Of a stretch of DNA of 64,000 bases, positions 34,934 to 46,915 are shown one piece after another. Where the stretch lies: NCBI GenBank assembly GCA_030390025.1, contig CM059431.1, positions 152,956,001 to 153,020,000 of the forward strand. The letters run 5' to 3'. Below the pieces are notes generated by a model. The model searched no databases. It saw only the letters and a program-made list of their open reading frames with translations, and was not told where the DNA came from. The translations under genes were made by a program, and so were the position numbers. Every line of letters begins with the position of its first letter. The stretch's first letter is position 1. This DNA comes from Squalus acanthias (lineage: Eukaryota).

Positions 34934-36320
34934 TCAAGGTATAATTACTAATCGTAGCCCTTTTCAGGCTACCCCAGATCAGGCTTATTCCCCAGAAGTT
35001 CACCTTAAACTAAAGTTAGAGAAAGCCTAATCCTAGAGACGCTTAATTGGGTCTAATGGTTCAGACTATCTCTCACTAAAGAAATTAATGACTTGAAGAT
35101 GTTACCATCATCCAGATAGCACTTTTAATAAGTTTATCTAGACCGTAATCTTCTGGATGTTATGAGGGTCAGAAAACAACCAAGAATTCTGCTTCTCCAC
35201 ACAAAAAACGTGTAGAAATTGAGTTCCCGAGTTTGATACAGAATTACTCTGTGAGACTATTCTAAAAATATATAGATTTATTAAACAACCGACATGTACT
35301 TAGCAGCTGGTGATTTCAATCCCAACTTTAGCAGTTCAAAATTGAAATGGCTTACATTTCTTATCAGAGATCCTTATTCTCAAATCTTATCTTCGTTACA
35401 TTTCCAAACTTCGTACATATTTATAATCCAGAATATCCATCAAAATCAAATAAGATAACCTTTGATCCCCGAGACGCAAAGAGATAAAAAGTTACAGAGC
35501 CTGCCTCTGAAGTTAAGAATCGCTTTGCCCCTTCCAGCGACTTCTGACTTCCTATCTGAAAGCTCTATATTATATACCCTTTTTTGCAGTGGTATATTCT
35601 TTGAAGATTTCTGCTGATGTAAGCTAATTATCTCCATTCATCTTTCTGTTGACTTCTTTCTATTATTACTGTCAATTCAACTGCTAACTTGCAGAATTCT
35701 GTCTCTATCTTTAGGTGTTCGAAAGTTATCATACAAAATGGTTATGACAGATGTATCAATTTGATGCCATTCTTACGAAGTTCTCCTATTGAATTCTTAA
35801 ATTACTTTAACTACTTGTATTACAGACTTCGCATCTCCTTGTGTTCCAATTTCAACACATTAACCATGTGATTACTTGATGCATCTTTTGATGTAATATT
35901 TACCAAGTCCTCTGTTTTTACCTTTTACAATATTTAAATCAAAAACACTTCAATCGAGTACTTGATTGTTTCACCAGCCATCTTAGATGGTTATATTACA
36001 AACTTATGTTTCCTGTCTTTAATTTGATGTTACTTTTACAAAGACACATGTTTTTTTAATGTCTGTGTTTCTGTTCGAAGTGTTAGTTTATAACACTTTA
36101 AACTGGGAATAGCAATTGAGTTGGTTCCAAACTGCAGTCTTCTTGAAACCTTGTATGGTGTTTCCAGCTTTGTGATTCATCTTATCTCAGAAGCCTCTAT
36201 TTACAGCCTTGTGTTATTCCGGTTTTTAGATTTTTAAAGCCAGTTTGTCATATTTTAATAAAATCAGAATTCTGTTCATAGGATGGTATATTTTTCTGAA
36301 ATATGTCTCATTCCTTTACA
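34934..36320 (-). repeat. 5' LTR (1387 bp)
   Basis: Begins TGTAAAGGAATGAG at 36320; TATA-like motif at 35564-35576; internal deletion near 36150 relative to the 3' LTR; terminal CA mutated. Confidence 0.92.
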
Positions 36321-39300
36321 CCCTGACGGGGATATCCCCATTTTAAAAGTGGACACTGATGCTGAAACACCCCCTATAAAAGGGGTCGCTAATGCAGAGA
36401 TTTCCTCTTTAAAAGGGGTCCCTGGTGGAGAGACCCTGTCATTAAACCGGGTCCCTGACGGTGATACACCCTCTTTAAAAGGGGACCTGATGGCGAGTCT
36501 CTCTCTTTAAAAGGGGTCCCTGATGGGCACACTCCCTCTTTAAAACTGGACGCTGTTGGTGAGACTTCCTCTTTTAAAGGGGTCCCTTCAGGTGAGACTC
36601 CCTCTTCAATAGAAGACCCTGATGGTGAGACTGCCTCTTTAAAAGGTGTCGCTAATGGGGAGAATCTCTCTTTAAAAGGGGTCACTGATAGAAAGACGCC
36701 CTCTTTAAAAGCGGTCCCTGATAGTAAGACTCTCTCTTTAAAATGGGTCCCCGAGGGTGAGACTCCATCTTTAAAAGGGGTCCCTAATTGCAAGACTCTC
36801 TCTTTGAAAGGGATCCCTGATGGTGAGACTCCCTCTTTAAAAGGGATTCCTGATTGTGAGGATCCCTCTTTAAAAGGGATCCCTGAGGGTGAGATTCTCT
36901 CTTTAAAAGGGCTGCGTGATAGAAAGACTCCCTCTTCAAAATTCTCTCTGATAGTGAGACTCCCTCTTTAAAAGGGCTCCCGGATAGAAAGACTCACTTT
37001 AAAATATCTCAGATGGTGAGACTCTCTCTTTAAAAGTGATCCCTATTGGTGAGACTCACTCTTTAAAAGGGCTCCCTGATAGAAAGACTTCCTCATTAAA
37101 AGGGTCTCTGACGGTGAGAGTCTCACTTTAACAGTGATCCCTGAATGCGAGACTCTCTCTTTAAAAGGGGACCCAGATGGTGAGACTTCCTCTTTAAAAG
37201 GGTTCCCTGATGGTGAGACTCCCTCTTAAAAAAGGAGTCCCTGATGCTGAAACATCCTCTTTAAAAGGGTTACCTGATAGAAAGACTCCCTCGATAAAAG
37301 GTATCACTGATGGTGAGACTCACCCTTTTAAAGGAAACCCTGATTGTGAGACTCATTCTTTAAAAGGGATCCCTGATAGAAATACTCCGTCTTTAAAAGG
37401 CTCTCTGATAGTGAGACCTACTCGTTGAAAGGGCTCCCTGATAGAAAGAATCCCTCTTTAAAAGGTATCCCTGATGGTGAGACTCACACTTTTAAAGGGA
37501 ACCCTAATTGTGAGACTCATTCTTTAAAAGGGCTCCCTGATAGAAGGAATCCCTCTTTAAAAGGGTCACTGACCGTGAGACAATCTCTTTAAACGTGATC
37601 CCTGATTGTGAGACTCTTTCTTTAAAAGGGGTCCCTGATGGTGAGACTCCCTATTTAAAATGGTTCCCTGTTAGAAAGACTCCCTCTTTAAAAGGGTCTC
37701 TGGTGGTGAGACTCATTCTTTAAAAGGCCTCCCTGATAGAAAGACTCACTCTTTAAAATTGATCTCTGATGGTGAGACTTCCTCTTTATATGGGGTCCCT
37801 GATGGTGAGACTCCCTATTTAAAAGGGCTCCCTGATAGAAAGACCACCTCTTTAAAATGGATCCCTGATAGTGAGACTCATTCTTTAAAGGTATCCCTGA
37901 TAGAAAGACTCACTTTTTAAAAGGGGTCCCTGACGGGGACACTCCCTCTTTTAAGGGGCCCCTGATGGCGAGGCTCTCTATTTCAAAGGCGTCCCTCATG
38001 TTGAAACACACTCTTTAAAACGTGTCCCTGATGGCGAGACTCCTTCTTTAAAAGGGGTCCCTGATGGCGAGAATCCCACTTTAAATGGGATCCCTGATGG
38101 TCAGACTCTCTCTTTAAAAGGGATATCTGATGATGAGACTTAAGCTTTAAAAGTGGTGACTGATTGAAGAATCTCTTTAAAAGCGCTCCCTGAGACAAAG
38201 ACTCTCGCTTTAAAAGGGTATCTGATGGTGAGATTCATTCTTTAAAAGGGCTCCCTGATAGTGAGATTCTTTAGCAGGGGTCCTGATAGAAAGACTCTCT
38301 TTTTAAAAGGCGTCCCTAACGGGGATACTCCCTCTTTAAAAGGGGGCCTGATGGTGAGGCTCTCTATTTCAAAGGGGTCCCTCACGCTGAAACACCCTCT
38401 TTAAAACGGGTCCCTGATGGTGTGTCTCCTTCTTTGAAAGGGGTCACTGACGGCGAGACTCTCTCTTTAAAAGGGGTCACTGATGGTGAGACTCCCCTTT
38501 AAAAGGTCTCCCTGATAGAAAGACTCACTCTTTAAAAGGGTTCTCTAATGGTGAGACTCTCTCTTTATAACTGGTCCCTGAGGGTGAGACTGCCTCTTTA
38601 AAAGTGGTCCCTGATAGAAAGACTCTCTCTTTAAAATTGATTCCTGATTGTGAGACTCTCTTTTTAAAAGGGGTCCCTGATGGTGAGACTACATCTTTAG
38701 AAGGGCTCCCTGATAGAAATAACACCTCTTCAAAATGGATCCCTGATATTGACACTTATTCTTTAAAGGGGTCCCTGATAGAAAGACTCACTTTTTAAAG
38801 GGGTCCCTGACGGGGATACTCCCTCTTTTAAGGGCCCCTGATGTTGAGGCTCTCTATTTCAAAGGCGTCCCTCATGCTGAAACACACTCTTTAAAACGTG
38901 TCCCTGATGGTGAGACTCCTTCTTTAAAAGGGGTCCCTGATGGCGAGAATCTCTCTTTAAAAGGGATCCCTGATGGTGAGACTCCCTCTTAAAAAGGGGT
39001 CCCTGAGTGTGAGACACTCACTTTAAAAGGGATATCTGATGGTGAGACTTAAGCTTTAAAAGGGATCACTGATGGTGAGAGTCTCTCTTTAATATCGATC
39101 TCTGATGGTGAGACCTCCTCTTTAAAAGTGATGCCTAATGGGGAGCCTCTCTAATTAAAATTAGTACCTAATTGTGAGACTCCCTCTTTTAATGGGGTGC
39201 CTGATAGTGAAACATTCTCTTTAAAAGGGGTCCCTGATAGAAAGACTGTCTTTTTAAAAGGGGTCCCTGACGGGGATACTCTCTCTTTAAAAGGGGCCCT

Positions 39301-39965
39301 GATGGTGAGTCTCTCTACTTCAAAGTGGTCCCTCATGCTGAAACACCCTCTTTAAAACGGGTCCCTGATGGTGAGACCTTCTTTAAACGCGGACCCTGAT
39401 GGTGAGGCTCTCTATTTCAAAGTGGTCCTTCATGCTGAAACATCCTCTTTAAAACGGTTCCCAAATGGTGAGACCTTCTTTAAAAGGGGTCCCTGATGGC
39501 GAGACTCTCTTTAAAGGGATCCCTGATGGTGATACTTACGCTTTTAAAGGGGTCACTGATGTTAAGACTCTCTTTAAAAGCGCTCCCTGATAGAAAGACT
39601 CCCTCTTTAAAAGTGTCATGATGATGTGACTCATTCTTTAAAAGGGGTCCCTGGTGGAGAGACTCTCTCATTAAATGATGTCCCTGCCGGGGATAATCCC
39701 TCTTTAAAACAGGTCCCTGATGGTGAGACTCCCTCTTTAAAAGGGGTCTCTGATGACGAGACTCCCTCTTTAAAAGGGGTCCCTGATTGAGACACTCCCT
39801 CTTTAAAAGTGTTCCCTGATGGTGAGACTCTCTCTTTATACGGTGAGCCTAATATGAAGATTCTCTTTAAAATGTGTCCCTGATAAAAAAGACTCTATCT
39901 TTAAATGGGGCCCTAGATAAAAAGACTCACTCTTTACAAGTTTCTCTATTGTTGAGACTCTCTCT

Positions 39966-40136
39966 TTATGAGTGTCCGGTAAACTCCCCCAGAATTCTTC
40001 AAGTCCTCACCAAAGAGCGTACAGAGATTGAGGTTGTGAGTTTGATACAGAAGTAAAATGTGAGTCAATTCTAAAAATATATAGATTTATTAAAGAAGCG
40101 ACATGTAATTACAATAGGTTTTTCGATCGCAACATT
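39966..40136 (-). mobile_element. Short R/U5 fragment of the same LTR at the satellite edge
   Basis: Matches about 28908-29080, including GAGTTTGATACAGAAGTA and ATATATAGATTTATTAAAGAA. Confidence 0.85.
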
Positions 40137-40496
40137 ATCTTAGTGTCGGGTTGAGGTCCTGGTCTTCAAACACTCTCTTCCTCAGGCGACCGAAAGCTGC
40201 ACTGGCACACTGATGGCAGTGTTTGACTTCGTCATCGACGTCTGCCCTTGTTGACAGTAGGGTCCCGAGGTATGGAAAGTGGTCCACGTTGTCCAAGGCC
40301 TTGTCGTGGATTGTGATAATCGGGGGGCAGTACTGTGTGGCGGTGGCAGGTTGGTAGAGGACCTTTGTCTTACGGATGTTTAGTGTAAGGCCCATGCTCC
40401 CGTACACTTCAGTGAAGATGTTGACGATGGTTTGGAGTTCGACCTCCGAGTGAGCGCAGACGCAATCGCCGTCTGCATACTGTAATTCGACAACAG
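40137..40496 (-). mobile_element. RTE-clade LINE RT fragment
   Basis: ELQYADGDC...GLTLNIRKTKVLYQP...VDHFPYLG...ASAAFGRLRKRVF, typical of the RTE RT C-terminal part. Confidence 0.82.
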
Positions 40497-41433
40497 ATGC
40501 TTTATAAATATATTAAGAGTAAGAGGATAACTAAAGAAAGGGTAGGGCCTATTAGAGATCATAGGGGTAATCTGTGTGTTGTGGCGGGAGTCGTCGGTAG
40601 GGTTCTTAATGAATAATTTGCGTCTGTTTTCACAAAGGAGAGGGTCGAAGCAGACATTACTGTCCGGGCGGAGGAGTGTGAAATATTAGATGAAATAAAC
40701 ATAGTGAGAGAGAAAGTATAAAGGGGTTTAACAGTTTTTAAAGTTGTTAAATCCCCAGACCCGGATGAAATGTATACCAGTCTGTTAAGCAAAGCAAAAG
40801 AGGAAATAGCAGAGGCCCTGAAAATCATTTTTCAATCCTCTCTGGCTTCAGGTGTGGTGCCGCAGGACTGGAGGACTGCTAATGCGGTACCCCTGTTTAA
40901 AAAGGGAGAAAGGGTAGACCGAGTAATTACAGGCCAATCAACCTAACCACGGTGGTGGGAAAATTATTGGAAAGAATTCTGAAGGACAGGATAAATCATC
41001 ATTTCGAAAGACACGGATTAATCAAGGATAGTCAGGACGGATTTGTTAAGAGAAGGTCGTGTCTGACAATCTTGATTGAATATTTTGAGGAGGTAACAAA
41101 GAGGATAGTTGAGGGTAGTGCGTTTGATGTCCTTTATAGGGACTTTAGCAAGGCTTTTGTTAAGTTTCCACATGGCAGACTGGTCACGAAGTTAAAAGCC
41201 CATGGGATCCAGGGCAAAGTCTCAAGTTGGATTCAAATCTGGCTCGGAGACAGGAAGCAGAGAGTAATGGTTGATGGTTGTTTCTGTGACTGCAAGGCTG
41301 TTTCCAGTGGGGTTCCGCAATGCTCAGTGCTAGGTCCCTTGCTTTTTGTGGTATATATTAATGATCGAGTCTTGAATATATGGGGTATGGTTAAGAAGTT
41401 TGCAGATGATAATAAAATCGGCTATGTGGTTGA
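40497..41433 (+). mobile_element. Degenerate CR1 ORF2 fragment
   Basis: ORF 40952-41545 contains DFSKAF, GVPQCSVLGPLLF and KFADD. Confidence 0.9.
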
Positions 41434-41443
41434 TACACTACAA

Positions 41444-41510
41444 CAGCGGTTCCCAACCTTTACCTTTATGTGGACCACTACATCGTCATCAAAAGCTTTT
41501 GCGGACCACA
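41444..41510. mobile_element. Possible hAT (Charlie-like) terminus
   Basis: CAGCGGTTCCCAACCT starts where CR1 homology stops, followed by two GGACCAC subterminal motifs. No partner TIR was seen. Confidence 0.4.
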
Positions 41511-42434
41511 ACGTTAGCAAGCCGTTTAAAACATTTTGTGAATAATATCACAACTTACCTCTGGCACTATTATTAACCTTCTCTTCACTTGCCATGTTCA
41601 ATGTGAAGTTGTTTTTCGCCATTCTGTTGCAGTTTTTACACTCTTGTCTTGCCTTCTGGTTTTGAAGCCGCCTGAATTCTGTGCCCTTTACCGTCATGGC
41701 ATAAATCCCTTTTTCTCTTCTGGATGAATTGTTTACTAGTTCCGTTGAACGAGGCTGGACTGTAATGACGCTCTATACCTCTGCTTTGCATGGGTACACG
41801 CATTCAGAATCACCTCCTTGAAGGAACTCCATAGAAGTACAGCAACAACCACCGCATCGAGTTTAAACACTACCCACATTCTATCTGTCCTGCCTGCCAA
41901 TACTTCAAACCCTTTTGTTTCACTGGAACCCATCAGGTCTGTATAAGCTCCCTCTATTTCGAAAGCTGTAGCACTGTTTCATGAAACGAACCCTTGTGTC
42001 ACTACAGCACAGGCTCAGCGATGCTTGATCTGTCTAATTCCCCTCTGTCTCTCCTGACTAACACATGACACCGGAAGTATTTCAGAAAGTGGTACAATTG
42101 ACACAGTATTGGGGACTCCAGGACAATCCTGGAGGGGTGTGTAAAACATGTTTTGAAATGAGCTGGAGAGAAATGTGAGGTGACGAGTCTCTTGTGGCAG
42201 ACTGAGGAGAGGGTCTGTACATTGAATGGGAACATGTCAAAAAGAGCCAGAAGGGTTAGGGATTCAGAAACACAAACCTCACCGAAGGGTTACTTCCTCC
42301 CCGCCTGTTCCGAATTTTTGCCAGACACGTTTCAGGTTTAACATGGATGGTGTGTTCATTATCTGTACAATAACTCTGTGACCCAGTGTGAGAAGTAAAA
42401 CACAAACCGCACAGCGCGGGGCTCTGACAATCCG

Positions 42435-42510
42435 GGCAGCTTTTCTCACAGTTATTGAGAGCGTGGTGCTAATATCGCTAAGGGCACGGGTTTAATCCCT
42501 GTACGGGTCA
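42435..42510 (+). pseudogene. tRNA-Ile(AAT) pseudogene
   Basis: AGAGCGTGGTGCTAATATCGCTAAGGGCACGGGTTTAATCCCTGTACGGGTCA aligns to vertebrate tRNA-Ile-AAT; anticodon at 42471-42473; D arm and T loop mutated. Confidence 0.85.
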
Positions 42511-43136
42511 TCAGCAGTTTATTTCTCACCTTTTCGGTTTCTGCTGACATTGAAAATACAGACTTTACAAAAAATCTCCACAAACTGTTCGGGGGAAATG
42601 ATTTTCAATAACATCCATTTCACCTTTGAACTGGGCGGAGCAACACATCTTTCAGTTTATTTGCCTTTCTTCGGTTTTCTGATCAACGTTTAACTCGCGG
42701 CCTGTTCCCGTTAATGGTCACAAGCAGTAACAGACAGTCAGAGCGTGTCTGACCGCCCCGAGATGTGTAAAAGGCATCAGGTTAGGACAAATGCATCAAA
42801 TCAAATGTTCACCCGGCACCGAGATAGACAAAAACCAGTGAAAGGGGCAGAAGGAGACAGAGAAATAACAGCTAAATACAGCCAATAGAAATAGTTTTCA
42901 TCCTTGATGTCTCTCTCTATTCAAACCCAACCCTTCAGTGGCGAATAAAAGAGTTCAGTTTAATTCGAAAGTTTGAGAAAATTTCCCAAAGAAAGAGACA
43001 CTAAAATATCTTAAAGCCGCCGAATCCCAACTGTACTATTTCGGCCTCGCATCAAAGTGATTTTCGTGTCATTCTTTTAAAGAAACTCTAATCCCTTCTG
43101 CTCATTAATCACTTCGGGGGAATGGGACCCGACCAG

Positions 43137-45424
43137 ATAGAGTCATAGAGTCATAGAGTTATACAGCGCAGAGAGAGGCCCTTCGGCCCATCGTGTCTGC
43201 ACCGGCAATCAAGCCCGATCTATTCTAATCCCATTTCCCAGCACTTGTTCCGTAGCCTTGTATGCTATGGCATTTCAAGTGCTTAGCTAAATGTTTCTTT
43301 AAATGTTGTGAGGGTTCCTGCCTCTACGACCCTTTCAGGAAGTGAGTTCCAGATTCCAACTACCCTCTGGGTGAAAAGGTTTTTCCTCAAAACCCCTCTA
43401 AACCTCCTGCCCCTTACCTTGAAACTATGCCCCTGGTTATTGACCCCTCTACTAAGGGGAAAAGTTACTTTCTATCTACCCTACCTATGCCCTTCATAAT
43501 TTTGTACAGCTCAATCAGGTCCCCCCTCAGCCTTCTCTGCTTCAAGGAAAAGAACCCCAGTCTGTCCAGTCTCTCTTCATTGCTGAAACGCTCCAGCCCA
43601 GGTAACATCCTGATGGATCTCCTCTGCACCCTCTCTAATGCAATCACATCCTTCCTATACTGTGGCGACCAGAACTGCACACAGTATTCCAGCTGTGGCC
43701 TAACTAGCGTTTTGTACAGCTCCATCATAAACTCCCTGCTCTTATTTTCGATGCCTCGGCTAATGAAGGCAAGTATCCCATATGCCTTCTAACCACCTTA
43801 TCTACCTGTCCTGCTGCCTTCAGGGATCTATGTACATGCACATCAAGGTCCCTCTGATCCTCTGTCCTTCCTAGGGTCCTACCATTCATAGTTTATTCCC
43901 CTGCCTTCTTAGTCCTCACAAAATGCATCACCTCACACTTTTCAGGGTTAAATTGTATTTGCCACTGTTCTGCCCATCTGACCAACCCGTCTACATCGTC
44001 CTCTAGCGTGAGGCTTCCCTCTTCGCTATTTACAACTGCACCAATTTTCGTGTCATCTGCGAACTTACTGATCATACCTCCTACATTCATATCTAAATCA
44101 TTAATGTACACTACAAACAGCAAAGGACCCAGCACCGATCCCTGCGGTACACCACTGCACACAGTCTTCCAGTCACAAAAACAACCTTCGACCATCAGCC
44201 CTCTGCCTCCTGCCACTAAGCCAATTTTGGATCCGATGTGCCAAATTGCTCTGCACGCCATGAGCTCTTACCTTACTGACCAGTCTCCCATGCGGGACTT
44301 TTCAAAAGCAGTACTGAAGTACATGTAGACTGCATTAACTGCACTAACCTCATCCAGACACCTAGTCAGCCCCTCGAAAAATTCTATCAATTTGGTTAGA
44401 CTTGATCTCCCCCTTACAAAGCCATGTTGATTATCCTTGATTAAGCCTTGCCTCTCCAATTGGAGACTAATTTTGTCCCTCAGAATTTTTTCCAATTATT
44501 TCCCTACCACTGATGTTAGGCTCACTTGACTGTAATTATTTGGGTTATCCCTACTACCCTTCTTAAATAATGGTACTAAGTTAGCTGACCTCCAGTCCTC
44601 TGGCACCTCCCCTGTGGACAGTGAAGTTGTGAAAATTTGTGTCAGAGCAACTGCAATCTCCTTCCTTGCCTCACATAGCAGCCTGAGTTACATCTCGTCT
44701 GGGCCTTGGGATTTATCCACTTTTAAGCCCACTAAAACCGCTAGTACCTCCTCCCTCTCAATGCTAATTTGTTCAAATATATCACAATCCCCCTGCCTGA
44801 TTTTCATTCTTACATCATCCTTCTCCACAGGGAACACAGATACAAAATATTCATATAAAACCTCACCTACATCTTCCGGCTCTACACACAGATTGCCACT
44901 TTGGTCCTTAATGGGCCCTACTCTTTCCCTGGTTATCCTCTTGCCCTAATATACTTATAAAACACCTTGGGATTTTCCTTTACTTTGACCGCCAGCGTTT
45001 TTTCATGCACTCTTCGCTCTCCAATTTCTTTTGTAAGTACCCCCCTGCACTTTCTATACTCCTCTCGGGATTCCACTGTTTTTAGTCGTTTGTATCTGCC
45101 AAGAGCCTCCCTTTTTTCCGAATCCATTCTTGTATATCCTTGAAATCCAGGGTTCCCTGGCCTTGTTGGTCCCACACTTGACCTTATTGGGAAAATGTTG
45201 GCGCTGTACTCTCTCTATTTCCTTTCTGAATGACTTCCACTGCTCTGATGTGGATTTTCCTAAATGTAGCTGATCCCAGTCCACCTTGGGCAGATCCTGC
45301 CTTATCATATTAAAATCGGCATTCCCCCAATTTAGAAGCTTTACTTCCGGTCCATCTTTGTCCTTTTCTAGGATTACCTTAAATCTCACCGAATTATGGT
45401 CAACTGTCACCAAAATGTTCTCCT
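43137..45424 (-). mobile_element. CR1 LINE, 5'-truncated, degenerate
   Basis: (CTATGACT)n tail; RT fragments in ORFs 43465-43728, 43893-44261, 44268-44495 and 45054-45413. Confidence 0.93.
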
Positions 45425-45871
45425 ACATAGAAACATAGAAGATAGGAGCAGGAGTCGGCCATTCGGCCCCTCGAGCCTGCTCCGCTATTTAATGAGATTA
45501 TGGCTGATCATGCAAATTCAGTACCGCCTCCCTGCTTTCTCTACATATCCCTTGATCCCTTTAGCCTTAAGAAATATATGTAACTGCTTACTGAATGTAT
45601 TTAATGAGTTGGTCTCAACTGCCTTCTGTGGTACTGAATTCCACAGGGTCACCATCCCTGTGTGAAGAAATTCCTCCTCATCTCAGTGATAAATGGCTTA
45701 CCCCTTATCCTTAGACCGTGACCACTGGTTCTGGACTCCCCCACCGTCGCTAACATCCTTCCTGCATCTAGTCTGTCCAGTCCTGTTAGAATTTTATAAG
45801 TTTCAATGAGATCCCCTCTAATTCTTCAAAACTCCAGCGAATATAAGATTAATCGACCCAATCTCTCTTCA
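45425..45871 (-). mobile_element. CR1 3' fragment, continues at 53265-53432
   Basis: CTATGTTTCTATGT tail and CR1 C-terminal coding sequence. Homology resumes after the Penelope/Tx1 insert, with TSD CAATCTCTC(T/A)TCA at 45859-45871 and 53265-53277. Confidence 0.88.
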
Positions 45872-46915
45872 AATGTGAGAAGTGGCACAACACCAGGTTA
45901 TAGTCCAACAGCTTTATTTGAAATCACAAGCTTGTGGTGAGCAGCAGCAGCAGAGTGGTGGTCTCTGTGAGCAGGAAGAGGAGAAGGAGAAGGAGACCAG
46001 ACAGCAGGCCACCACCAACCCACAACCAACAACCACAACTGAGGTGCCTGGAGAGAGAGGACAGGAGAGGAGAAAGAAAAGAAAGGAAGGCCAAGGCCAT
46101 TAACAACAGAGGAGAGGCCTTTCCACACTGCCTCCTCAATTGGCCTCCATTTTAGGAGAGGGAGAGAGGGGAGAAAAACAACACAACATCCATCATCTGT
46201 TTGGAAGGAGGAAGGAAGGAAAGAACAACAGCTACAGGTGGGTGTGATTCTGGTGCACTCTCCCAGAGACTTTGTTTTGTAGGTGGGGGGAGGAAAGAAG
46301 ATAAGAAGAGGGCCGGAACATCCAAGGGGTGTGTGTGTGTGTGTGTGTGGCTTTTGTAAAAGCTAGGCCGCACACACCATATTAAACACCCCTTTCCCAT
46401 TGCCTGACCTGGGACAGCTGGAGCTGCCTAGGTGAAGTCCCCAATTAATTTAATATTATTGGGCATCGTTAAGACCTGGTGCAAGACTGAGCCTCGGCAT
46501 CTCCAGCTATCCCAGGTGAAGACATCTTCTCCCCCCACCAGAAGACCACCACCACCAAAGACTTTTATTACATCGGAGAGTGCACCCCCCTGCCAACACC
46601 CACCCACCCACCATCCTGAGTGGCGACCCTGCCCTTGCGGCTTCCCTCCTTCCCACCCCCCCTCTCTCTCTCTCTTTGTCTCTTGTCTCTCTCTGCCTCT
46701 CTCTCTAAGAGGCACCTCAATCTATTTTAATTAAGTACCTATTGAGCAGAGGGGAGAAGGCCCCTCTCCCAATTAATTCATATAAAGGGAGAGGTGTGCC
46801 TTCAATTTAAGAGCTCCCTCTGCTCAGGGGAAAACAAAAACAAAAAACCAGAGGCCATTAACACCTTCAGGCCTGTGACTTGGGGTGAGTGTAGCCCTTA
46901 AAAGACCCGTCCATC

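Larger units (their letters stand above)
28682..36320 (-). mobile_element. Endogenous foamy-virus-like (spumaretrovirus-like) provirus lacking RT and env
   Basis: Two ~1.4-kb LTRs starting TGTAAAGGAATGAG; 4-bp TSD CCCT (28678-28681, 36321-36324); tRNA-Lys-type PBS; PPT; internal gag, protease, RNase H and integrase remnants resembling prototype foamy virus proteins by eye. Confidence 0.9.
1..39965. repeat. 33-bp tandem satellite array, degenerate, interrupted by transposons (satellite segments about 1-2940, 3708-10392, 14538-17555, 18431-19054, 24386-28681, 36321-39965)
   Basis: Head-to-tail monomers CTTTAAAAGGGGTCCCTGATGGTGAGACTCCCT, with a common variant carrying AGAAAGACT in place of GGTGAGACT. 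All segments share one orientation. The ORF track shows the matching 11-aa period (SLKGVPDGETP). Confidence 0.97.

Noticed and set aside
28682..36320. Ty3/gypsy classification
   Set aside because: The IN N-terminal extension and C-terminus, Gag motifs, Lys PBS and LTR size fit foamy-like retroviruses better by eye. Phylogeny is still needed.
446..39671. Dozens of short ORFs with SLKGVPDGETP or LLKRESHHQGP repeats
   Set aside because: Artefact of a 33-bp (codon-multiple) satellite. They are open on both strands, are broken by frequent indels, and have no gene structure.
1..39965. CRISPR-like array (33-bp period, partial palindrome)
   Set aside because: Monomers are contiguous with no unique spacers, there are no cas genes, and the context is vertebrate.
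45934..46740. CpG-poor, microsatellite-rich segment as a host exon or promoter
   Set aside because: It lies inside the 46-bp duplication and directly upstream of ORF1, so it is best read as the Tx1 5' UTR.
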